Made by a program: the position numbers and the translations under genes. Below are positions 1 to 7,083 of a stretch of DNA of 25,778 bases, one piece after another. This stretch comes from an uncultured virus (IMG/VR IMGVR_UViG_3300047564_005685) (taxonomy: Duplodnaviria > Heunggongvirae > Uroviricota > Caudoviricetes): IMG/VR virus record IMGVR_UViG_3300047564_005685; one strand, given 5' to 3'. The notes under the pieces are model-generated. The model saw nothing but the letters and a program-made list of their open reading frames with translations, did not search any database and was not told where the DNA came from. Position 1 is the stretch's first letter. Each line of letters starts with the position of its first letter.

Positions 1-560
1 AAGATCACCGCCTTGGGCGAGAGAGATTCGCCGTAGTAATCGGTGACGACCAGCCACGAGTCGGTGCGGTCGAGTTTGTCCATGTAGGCACTGCTGCCCT
101 GGCGCGAAATGTCCAGGCCGCCGCCGACGCCGTAGCCGCCGCCGATCGTGGAATCGAGCAGGGCGTGGTTATTGCCGCTGAGCTTGCTAGCCATGTAGAA
201 CGTGCGGCCCCCGTCGAGGGTGCCGACGAGATCGAGGCTGATGCGCTTCTCGCTGGCAGCACAGAAGGAGCGGAAGAAGTCAACGAAACTGGCAGGCTGG
301 ATGACTTGGCGGCGATTGCCGAAAGCGCCGAGGTAGTTACGGTTGTCACTGCGCAGCCAGAGCTGGCAGTCGGGGTAGGTGCGATCGCAGACCTGGGCGG
401 GATGGCGCTCGACCTGGAAGTTGCAGCCGATGGAGCGGAGGATGGCCTCGTTGTCCATCCAGTCATGCACCTCGGCTGCTGTGCCGCGGAAGAGTTTGCG
501 GTCCGCAGCGGTCAGTTTGCTGGTGGATGCGGCGGGGGCGGTGGCTGGTGTGATGGTCAT
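1..560 (-). CDS. DUF932-like phage/plasmid protein (5' part; runs off the window)
   Basis: Not in the ORF track (no stop in window). Read by hand from ATG at 560, which overlaps the upstream stop as ATGA: MTITPATAPAASTSKLTAADRKLFRG...LWLRSDNRNYLGAFGNRRQVIQPASFVDFFRSF...VGTLDGGRTFYMASKL...DRTDSWLVVTDYYG. The R-x-D...LG...Q...F-x-F...G-x-L-x-GG pattern is typical of DUF932. Confidence 0.7.
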   Translation of the reverse strand, partial: MTITPATAPAASTSKLTAADRKLFRGTAAEVHDWMDNEAILRSIGCNFQVERHPAQVCDRTYPDCQLWLRSDNRNYLGAFGNRRQVIQPASFVDFFRSFCAASEKRISLDLVGTLDGGRTFYMASKLSGNNHALLDSTIGGGYGVGGGLDISRQGSSAYMDKLDRTDSWLVVTDYYGESLSPKAVI

Positions 561-1132
561 GGTGTGTTGATGGATTCGGATTTAGCGAGGTAGGCCGTCA
601 TGGCATCGCGGCTGATCTCGAGTGAGTCGAGGATCTCGTCGGAGACCAGGAGGATGGAGCGGAGTTCCGCAAGAGGCATGCGGGCATCAGGGGTGACGGT
701 GCCCCGTTTGAGCAGCTCCTGGATGCGGAGCTGACTGCTGATTGGCGCAAACGTGTCCAGCGTCTGCTCAAGGGACAGAACAGAGGAGCGGACAAAGCCG
801 TGATTGCGATCAGCGACACGGACAAGCACCTCGCGCTCGTCCGCACTGAGGGAGGCAAAACTCCCGTCACCAGCTGCCATCTGGTCGTGTTGGCTCTTCA
901 GCTGCGCCTCGATCTCTGAGAGGAGATGCAGCGCGGTCATCATGAGCTGGACGAGGTTGACGCCATTGGATGATTTGGCGATCAGCGTGCTGACGACGAA
1001 CTGCAGGTCGCAGGGCCCACCAAAGCGATCCCCGAAATTGAGCTCGGGCAGTAGCTTGCTGACGGGTGCGTCGTCCTGCTTGAGCAGGGATCGCAGCAGG
1101 TCGGGTGAAACGGCATCGGGGATGTCACTCAT
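557..1132 (-). CDS. hypothetical protein, 191 aa, mostly helical
   Basis: ATGA overlaps with both neighbours; tiles the minus-strand operon. Confidence 0.75.
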   Translation of the reverse strand: MSDIPDAVSPDLLRSLLKQDDAPVSKLLPELNFGDRFGGPCDLQFVVSTLIAKSSNGVNLVQLMMTALHLLSEIEAQLKSQHDQMAAGDGSFASLSADEREVLVRVADRNHGFVRSSVLSLEQTLDTFAPISSQLRIQELLKRGTVTPDARMPLAELRSILLVSDEILDSLEISRDAMTAYLAKSESINTP

Positions 1133-1728
1133 GGGAATTGGGGAAGAAGGTCCAGGGCGCGGCGGACCTGGTTGACGGCGATCTCAAGCGAGTTGCGGTC
1201 ACCGTCGATGGCATCAGCGAAGACCTGGCGAATCGGGGAGTCCGGTTGCTCGCTGTTGGCCAGGAAGAGGTCAATGAAATTTGCCTTGAGTCCTGAGGCT
1301 CCACCAGTGCCGCGCCTGGCGGTCAGTATGCCAGCTGTGTCGGGCAGCCGGTAGGCCGCTTCACACAATGCGCCCATCAGAGAACGGACCGACCACTGGG
1401 TGGAAACGGAGCCGTCTCCCTTGATGGAGCCCTGGCATGGGAGCGCCAGGACGAAAGTGCAGTTGGGAACTGGGCTGAGCAAGCGCAGCTCGAGGTATTC
1501 GCGACCGGCGCGCTCGCTGATCTGGCAATCGAGCAGGGCATGAAAAGCCAGGCCGGTGGCTTCCTCGATGACACGACGAGGCGTGCCGTACGACTCGCCG
1601 TACGCATAGAGGCGACCCTGCTGGTCGATGCCGAACCAGAAGGTCTCCTGCCTGGGGGCGGGCACGAGCGCGGCTTCGAGTGGATCGAAGGGCGCGTCGA
1701 GTGTTGCAAGTGGCGGTGTGTGATCCAT
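1129..1728 (-). CDS. hypothetical protein, ~199 aa (MDHTPPLATL...)
   Basis: Start moved from 1845 to ATG 1728, immediately downstream of a GTGCAC repeat copy; stop overlaps the next ATG. Confidence 0.75.
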   Translation of the reverse strand: MDHTPPLATLDAPFDPLEAALVPAPRQETFWFGIDQQGRLYAYGESYGTPRRVIEEATGLAFHALLDCQISERAGREYLELRLLSPVPNCTFVLALPCQGSIKGDGSVSTQWSVRSLMGALCEAAYRLPDTAGILTARRGTGGASGLKANFIDLFLANSEQPDSPIRQVFADAIDGDRNSLEIAVNQVRRALDLLPQFP

Positions 1729-1799
1729 AAACGAAGCAGAGAGCAAAAGTGCACTGCTGGCAATGCACACAAAAAAGCCCCGGCAGTTCTGCCGAGGCT
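1729..1799 (-). repeat. intergenic repeat copy 1 (terminator hairpin + GTGCAC core)
   Basis: + strand: AAACGAAGCA-N10-GTGCAC (1749-1754), then AAAAAAGCCCCGGCAG-TT-CTGCCGAGGCT (1771-1799), which is a hairpin plus U tract on the - strand. Confidence 0.8.
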
Positions 1800-1831
1800 G
1801 GGTAGGATGAAATGCAGTGCGAAAGAACTGC

Positions 1832-2335
1832 ATGTACGCGGTCATGCCGGCTGGCCAGGGATTGATGACAGGTGAGCCTGCGCCGTCACAGCAGCCGGGT
1901 GGGTTGGTCCGCGAGCTGATTGAACTGGCGGGCTTCCTGAAGGAACTGGAGACGCAGGCGCATCTGGTGCATCTGAATTACGAGGGCGATAATTTCTTCT
2001 CGGTCCACGAATTCCTGAAGAGCCAGTACGAGGCGCACCTCGCCGAGTTCGACGAGGTGGCGGAATACGTGCGGGCGCTGGACAACTTCATGCCGATGTG
2101 CAGCTGCGGTCTCAAAGAGTCAGTGCGTGACTTTGAGAACTGCGCGAGCTATGACGGCATGCAGATGCTGATGACGTACCTGATGAATCTCGATGGGTTG
2201 GTCGAGAAGGCCACTGCCATTGAAGCGATGGCCGGCGAGGCGCGAGCCATCGACGTGCAGAATTACATGGCTGAGCTAGTTGCTGCAGCCAACAAAGCAG
2301 CGTGGTTCCTCAAGGCAACTCTGCGGGGGTGCTAG
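1832..2335 (+). CDS. dps: Dps/ferritin-like DNA starvation protection protein
   Basis: Ferroxidase-centre pattern HLVHLNYEGDNFFSVHEFLKSQY...FDEVAEYVR and C-terminal KAAWFLKA. Start uncertain (1832, 1844 or 1865). Confidence 0.88.
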   Translation: MYAVMPAGQGLMTGEPAPSQQPGGLVRELIELAGFLKELETQAHLVHLNYEGDNFFSVHEFLKSQYEAHLAEFDEVAEYVRALDNFMPMCSCGLKESVRDFENCASYDGMQMLMTYLMNLDGLVEKATAIEAMAGEARAIDVQNYMAELVAAANKAAWFLKATLRGC

Positions 2336-2585
2336 ATGCGGCTTTGATATCAGCCGTGTACCTGAGGGCCGCGTATTCCGTGTACTCAGGCCTGAACCTT
2401 CTTAGACCACCAAGTGAATGAATCCTTTTAACAAAGGCATATCCACCCGGATACTTGCCCATCTCCTCAATGGTGGGAAGCACGATCGGCATTCGCTCAT
2501 GCTTGACAAGAAAGTTGTAGATTTCAGGAAAGATACTGCCTGATCCCTCCTTGCTGATCGCTTGGCCGCAATGCGAGCATCTCAT
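2310..2585 (-). CDS. hypothetical protein, 91 aa, N-terminal CxxC
   Basis: MRCSHCGQ start; ATGA overlap with the upstream gene; visibly more AT-rich than its flanks; 26-nt tail-to-tail overlap with dps. Confidence 0.6.
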   Translation of the reverse strand: MRCSHCGQAISKEGSGSIFPEIYNFLVKHERMPIVLPTIEEMGKYPGGYAFVKRIHSLGGLRRFRPEYTEYAALRYTADIKAASSTPAELP

Positions 2586-2887
2586 GGCTGATTAGCGATA
2601 GCGAGTTCATCGCCGATCCTGGAGGACCAGGTCTGCGCGTAAGCGTGGAGCCTCTGAGCCAGGGATTCACCACGTGGCCAATTGGTGCTGGCGAGCTGCC
2701 GCACAGGAAAGCTGTGCCCATCGGCCACGAGCTGGGCTTCGACGACGATCTTCAGCCGACCAGACTTGGTCAACTGCAGCTCATCGCCATGGGCGCCTTC
2801 AAACAGGAAGGCGGCAATACGGCCCTGCAGGTCGTCGGGAATGACTGTGGCAGGGAGCGATGTGGAGCTGTCGGGTTGCTTGGGCAT
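2582..2887 (-). CDS. hypothetical protein, ~101 aa (MPKQPDSSTS...)
   Basis: Internal ATG at 2887 of ORF 2582..3082 avoids overlap with the upstream gene and follows a pyrimidine-rich leader. Confidence 0.65.
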   Translation of the reverse strand: MPKQPDSSTSLPATVIPDDLQGRIAAFLFEGAHGDELQLTKSGRLKIVVEAQLVADGHSFPVRQLASTNWPRGESLAQRLHAYAQTWSSRIGDELAIANQP

Positions 2888-2909
2888 GGCAGGAATAGGT
2901 AGATGCTGA

Positions 2910-3143
2910 TTACACGGTCTGGACGCCAACGAAGGGTCCGACGAGAACGTTGTAGTGACGGCGATACCACTGGCCGTAGATCGGATCCTCCGGCAGGGGG
3001 AACCCCTGATCGAGCCATTGCTGCTCAGGGGTACTGTCATGCGATAGCCAGCCGGCTGAGGTGTGATACCAGCCGGCGGCACGTCGGATGCGGGTGAGGT
3101 AGAGATCGCCTTCGGGCGAATCAGGATTGGCTTGACGCTTCAC
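2910..3143 (-). CDS. hypothetical protein, 77 aa, Trp/Tyr-rich
   Basis: Fills the gap between neighbours with a short overlap; GTG start. Confidence 0.5.
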   Translation of the reverse strand: MKRQANPDSPEGDLYLTRIRRAAGWYHTSAGWLSHDSTPEQQWLDQGFPLPEDPIYGQWYRRHYNVLVGPFVGVQTV

Positions 3144-3696
3144 GAATCATCGTCTTGAGTTCATTGCCGAAGGTGCTTTCGAGCAGCTCACGGATGAGTT
3201 CACGTTGGCGCTCGGCAGTGCGCGTTTGATCGCGAACAAGGGCGCCGACGGCTTCCCCGGCTGCGTTGCGAGCAAAGTCCCGAAGTTCATTGCGGAGATC
3301 GTTGCGAATACGGGCAATCTCGCAGCGGATGGCCTCTGAGACGATGTGATCCTTAACGGCCGCCATAAGCTCGTACCTGAGGCGGCCGATCAGAGCCCTG
3401 GTGAAAACAACGTCGGAGTCAGAGGACGAGTCGTTGGCACTGTCGGGATTGTTCTCCATCCATTGGAGGCCAGTAAGAAGGCTCCTCTTGAGGGAGTCGC
3501 CAAGGTCGAAGTAATCGATGCGACGCGACAGGCGCTCATAGATACGCGCCCAGTCGTCATCGCTGATGGAGAACTGCTCGAGCTGCTGCTTCGCCATGGA
3601 CAGCACCTCATCGTAGGCGGTGACGAGGGAGTCGAGCTTGAAGATAAGGTCGTCGACTTTGACGGTGTTGTCGGTGACGGTGACGGTAGCGGTCAT
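3121..3696 (-). CDS. helical/coiled-coil hypothetical protein, ~191 aa, directly downstream of E1
   Basis: ATG at 3696 just after the E1 stop (alternative TTG 3705 overlapping it); amphipathic helical composition. Confidence 0.75.
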   Translation of the reverse strand: MTATVTVTDNTVKVDDLIFKLDSLVTAYDEVLSMAKQQLEQFSISDDDWARIYERLSRRIDYFDLGDSLKRSLLTGLQWMENNPDSANDSSSDSDVVFTRALIGRLRYELMAAVKDHIVSEAIRCEIARIRNDLRNELRDFARNAAGEAVGALVRDQTRTAERQRELIRELLESTFGNELKTMIREASSQS

Positions 3697-3701
3697 GGGA
3701 A

Positions 3702-4412
3702 TCAAGAAAGGGTGAGCTTGAAGGAACGGCCGTTAGCGAAGGCCGAGTTGGTGACGGAATCCAGGCGTCCGTCCAGCAGGTTCTGGATCACGAGCAGAGC
3801 CATGACAGCGCTGAGTGCGTTGGCGCTGATGAGCTGCGGAGCCGATGGAGCAGCGAGAGCGCAGGAGCCGTGCGCGGGAATGGCGTCAGACGGGGTAGCG
3901 ATATTCGGAAAGAGCAGAGCGGGTGAGATGCCAACCGGTTGGCCAGCGATGACGCCATGCCAGTGAGTGGAGGTAGAGATGCGGGATTGGCCGTCGGAGT
4001 TGTCGGCATTGCCGGTGGTGACGTGCAGCCAGTTGCTGTCAGCCCGCTTCTCAAGGACCTCAATGACGGCAGCACGGGTGGCGTCGTTGTCAACAGTGGT
4101 GACGACGAGGGGGCAGGTGGCGTGCTGCGTTAAGCGGCGAATCGCGGGGCGGTCCAGGAAGTCAGCAAGACTGGTGACCTGGGTCAGACCGATGTCACGG
4201 CAGTATTCAGCCAGGACGTCGGCCTTGTTGCGGCCGATCTGCCCGGCGCCGCAGAGTTGCCGTTCTTGATTGTGCGCCTCGAAGCTGTCCCCATCGGCAA
4301 TGAGGACAGAGGAGGATGCGTTGGGGTGGTAGGCAAGTAGGCGGGCGAGCGAGGGAATCAACTGGCCGCCGGAGCCGCCAGCGCCGATGACGAGGGTGCT
4401 GTCGATGTACAT
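3702..4412 (-). CDS. E1-like ThiF-family adenylyltransferase (PRTRC ThiF-like), 236 aa
   Basis: From ATG 4412: IGAGGSGG nucleotide-binding loop, DGDSFEAHNQERQ, GRNKA, VDNDATR, TGN, LFP...GSCA (putative catalytic Cys), PQLISANA. No CxxC zinc pairs. Confidence 0.92.
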   Translation of the reverse strand: MYIDSTLVIGAGGSGGQLIPSLARLLAYHPNASSSVLIADGDSFEAHNQERQLCGAGQIGRNKADVLAEYCRDIGLTQVTSLADFLDRPAIRRLTQHATCPLVVTTVDNDATRAAVIEVLEKRADSNWLHVTTGNADNSDGQSRISTSTHWHGVIAGQPVGISPALLFPNIATPSDAIPAHGSCALAAPSAPQLISANALSAVMALLVIQNLLDGRLDSVTNSAFANGRSFKLTLS

Positions 4413-5431
4413 GCCGTGGTGGTGGAGGTAGAGAGTTGGCCGAGGAGGAGTGCTTGGGAGCCGTCTACGTAGCCGGTGGGGTCGAGGGTGAAGAACCAAT
4501 AGTTGCCATCAGTGTCGGGATCGGTAGCGAAACCCTTGACACTGTTGGCGTCGTGGTGCCTGAGTCCGGCCACGATGTGTCCGTCATTGGCCGGCACGCC
4601 AGAAGCGCGCAGAAGTAGATAGGCGGTGCGATGGTGCTGAGCGGAAACCAGCAATGCGGCGTCGTAGCCAGGGCCGATGGCGATGCCAGCTGGGGCCGTG
4701 ATCGGCGGATCCTTGCGGACCATGGTGCGGTACTGGCTGAAGCTCTCAGGTTGCAAGAGGTCGGCGTTGGCCCTGGCATCGCAGTAGGTGGCGACGACAG
4801 CGGGCAGGGATTCCGGTGTGCTGTTCTCTTCGCCCCAGCAGACCCTGTGGTCATCGAATGTATTGATCGACTGATAGATGCGAGTCAGTCTGGGATTGAG
4901 GAGATTAGAGGGAAAGCAAGCCTGCATCCAGGCGTATGAGTAATGCGCGCGACCAGTGAATGGATTGAGGTCGACGCTGTAGGCCATGGGCGGCATAGGG
5001 CCGTCATATTCGGAGTAGTAGCTCGAGTCCGGTCCGTAGCGGCCAGCGGGGCAGGGGAAGGGAACGCAGTCAAATCCTTCTCCGCGCCCGTATGGGCAGC
5101 AGGATTCGTAGCGCACCAAGACAGCTTGGTTGCTGTCATCGTCGTGGATGCCGTCGAGATTGATGGACGACTCCTCGTCGTATGTGTCGAAGTTGTATTT
5201 ACAGCCATTGCAGTTTTCCTCGATCCAGCGCTCCTCGGCATCCTCGGAATCGAGATCGGCGAACTCGCAAAGGCCCCAGCGGTCGGGCATCCAGGCGGTG
5301 AGGCGGATGCAGTGGCGAGCCACGGCGCCAATCACCTCGACGTGCCGGCTACCACTGGCCAGCAGGTAGTGCGACGGGAGCGGGTGAATCAGGACCGGAG
5401 GTGGTGTCTGCGGCGAGATCAGTGAGGTCAT
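4358..5431 (-). CDS. E2-like conjugating enzyme (Prok-E2/PRTRC protein B-like) with Cys-rich N-terminal region
   Basis: INTFDDHRVCWG resembles the N-x5-6-(V/I)C-x-G active-site motif of prokaryotic E2s (Cys codon 4838-4840); lies between JAB and E1; start probably ATG 5431. Confidence 0.72.
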   Translation of the reverse strand: MTSLISPQTPPPVLIHPLPSHYLLASGSRHVEVIGAVARHCIRLTAWMPDRWGLCEFADLDSEDAEERWIEENCNGCKYNFDTYDEESSINLDGIHDDDSNQAVLVRYESCCPYGRGEGFDCVPFPCPAGRYGPDSSYYSEYDGPMPPMAYSVDLNPFTGRAHYSYAWMQACFPSNLLNPRLTRIYQSINTFDDHRVCWGEENSTPESLPAVVATYCDARANADLLQPESFSQYRTMVRKDPPITAPAGIAIGPGYDAALLVSAQHHRTAYLLLRASGVPANDGHIVAGLRHHDANSVKGFATDPDTDGNYWFFTLDPTGYVDGSQALLLGQLSTSTTTACTSTAPSSSALAAPAAS

Positions 5432-6419
5432 CGGAGTACCAGATGGGGTCTTCTGAGTCAAATGTGAAATTGACAGCGTCCATGACTTTCGAATGGGCGC
5501 GCATGAAGTCGATGCCGTGCTTGTAGCAGATGGCGCGGATCTCCTCTAATGCTTCAGAGAAGTAAAGCAAAGACTCATTGAGGAGCTCATCGGGGGAGAC
5601 GCCAAAGTCGTCGAGGTGATCGAAGCAATCCAGCGAGTGAGAACGCGTCGAGGAGCCTGGTTTCAGGCTGCTGGTGGTAGAGCCGTAGACAGCGGCCTCT
5701 TCCCGGCTGAGATGACCAGGCAGCCAGGCATCTCCGTAATGGGTGCCGTAGGACCAGCGAGTCCGTTCGGGCTCGATGATGGTCAGGACGGAGGGATGGA
5801 ATGTGGTGTCAGCGGGGGTGAGGTCAATGACATCGGCGGCATCGTCGAGGTAGAAGCGCCGATGGTTGGCGGTGACGGATGCGGTAGGGACGTAGGTGTT
5901 CTTGAGGATCGAGACGTGGGAAATGACGATGTGCAGCCCAGGGCAGCCCAGTTCGCTCGCGTCGTCGATGCTGCTGAACTTGGCCAGTGGCATGGAGTTA
6001 TGGGAGTGGGAGCTGCCAGCAGGAACCCAGCCCTGTGGCGGGTAGGTCTCGATCAGTTCGCCGGTTTCGATGTCGATGGAGGAATCGAAGGTGTCGATGC
6101 GAACGCTGGCACCGCTGACCTCCTGGCGAGGCACAAGGATGCGCCACGTGGAGCGGTCGTCTTCCTTGCGCAGCAGTCTGCATGACACCTCGAGATCGCC
6201 CTGCTTGAGGTGGGCGAAATGAAAACACAGCTTGATCCAGCGTGACCAGAGGTCGGCAGGGATCTTGCTGATATTGGAATTGAGCTCGAAGCGCTCGAGG
6301 GCGCCGTCTTCCAGATCGGCGTGGGCGTCAGGATCCGGGATGGGGCTTAGAAAGGAGCCCCATGCGTTGGTCCGGACCTGGAAGCACCCGTTACGTGGTG
6401 TACGGATGAATTCGGTCAT
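5349..6419 (-). CDS. JAB/JAMM metallopeptidase (Prok-JAB, PRTRC protein A-like), 356 aa
   Basis: DLEVS (catalytic E), VPRQEVSGASV, and GSSHSHNSMPLAKFSSIDDASE (HxH...S-x2-D JAMM motif); ATG 6419 after a pyrimidine-rich leader. Confidence 0.9.
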   Translation of the reverse strand: MTEFIRTPRNGCFQVRTNAWGSFLSPIPDPDAHADLEDGALERFELNSNISKIPADLWSRWIKLCFHFAHLKQGDLEVSCRLLRKEDDRSTWRILVPRQEVSGASVRIDTFDSSIDIETGELIETYPPQGWVPAGSSHSHNSMPLAKFSSIDDASELGCPGLHIVISHVSILKNTYVPTASVTANHRRFYLDDAADVIDLTPADTTFHPSVLTIIEPERTRWSYGTHYGDAWLPGHLSREEAAVYGSTTSSLKPGSSTRSHSLDCFDHLDDFGVSPDELLNESLLYFSEALEEIRAICYKHGIDFMRAHSKVMDAVNFTFDSEDPIWYSDDLTDLAADTTSGPDSPAPVALPAGQW

Positions 6420-6428
6420 GGGTGATGT

Positions 6429-6459
6429 GAAAGAGAAAGGGCCCAGCGCTGCTGAGCCC
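6429..6459 (-). terminator. intrinsic terminator/attenuator between Ubl and JAB
   Basis: - strand RNA GGGCUCAGC-AGC-GCUGGGCCC-UUUCUCUUUC; the stem is fully paired only on the - strand (U.G wobble). Confidence 0.7.
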
Positions 6460-6471
6460 AGGGAGAGAAGG

Positions 6472-6762
6472 TCAGCCGAGACCTTTTGTCTCGGAGGTGA
6501 TGGCGCCTCGGTACACGGTTCCGAGCTCGATGACGGTGTCGCCACCGACGATTTGCCCAGCAGCCACGAAGCGACTGATGCGATCGGTGTCGCCGAGATC
6601 GTCGGCGTAGAGGCTGAAGAGTTCAGCGACGCTCTTGCCCTCGGCCTCGGCCGGAGAGATGGTGATCTGCTCCTCGTTGAGCTGGAGGATCACCGGTTTG
6701 CGCTCGGTGGTGGCAGCGGTAGCGGTGTTGGTGTTGTTGGTGCCGAAGTTGAAGAAGCCCAT
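6472..6762 (-). CDS. ubiquitin-like (beta-grasp) protein, 96 aa
   Basis: Strand-strand-helix-strand pattern (VILQLN/QITIS/GKSVAELFSLYADDLG/RFVAAGQIVGGDTVIELGTVYR); C-terminus SETKGLG; first gene of the JAB-E2-E1 run. Confidence 0.8.
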   Translation of the reverse strand: MGFFNFGTNNTNTATAATTERKPVILQLNEEQITISPAEAEGKSVAELFSLYADDLGDTDRISRFVAAGQIVGGDTVIELGTVYRGAITSETKGLG

Positions 6763-6850
6763 GGATAAGTATGAAAGAAGAGATGGAAAGGAGGTGAGCG
6801 CAGGAGTTCCCGGGCGGTGCGCGCACCGGGAGAAGTATTTGGGTCATGGG

Positions 6851-7075
6851 TTAACTGGTGGGAAAGCCGGACGAGCCCTGGAGTAGAGCTCGTCTGATGG
6901 ATGCGGTGATGTTGCGTTCAGCGCGTGAGTTGCGCTTGCGGCCAAACGGAATGGTTGTGTGGCCGCCGTTTGGGTGGGTGGCGTGCCAATGCTTGCGCCC
7001 GGGCCTGATCTCGAAACCGAGACTGACGGCGAGCTTGAGCATTGGATCCCGACGTAGCAGGGGATTGGAGGTCAC
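6851..7075 (-). CDS. HicA-like (dsRBD-fold) protein
   Basis: LAVSLGFEIRPGRKHWHATHPNGGHTTIP resembles the HicA GF...G-x-H...HP...(V/I)P pattern; small and basic; GTG 7075 or ATG 7042 start. Confidence 0.55.
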   Translation of the reverse strand: MTSNPLLRRDPMLKLAVSLGFEIRPGRKHWHATHPNGGHTTIPFGRKRNSRAERNITASIRRALLQGSSGFPTS

Positions 7076-7083
7076 AGGAGGAA

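Noticed and set aside
5..466. 153-aa Ser/Ala/Thr-rich ORF in the track
   Set aside because: Out-of-frame shadow of the DUF932-like gene starting at 560.
3702..4412. ThiF/MoeB for thiamine or molybdopterin synthesis
   Set aside because: No ThiS/MoaD-type GG-ending carrier, ThiG or MoaE; CxxC zinc motifs are missing; the E2-like and JAB neighbours point to conjugation.
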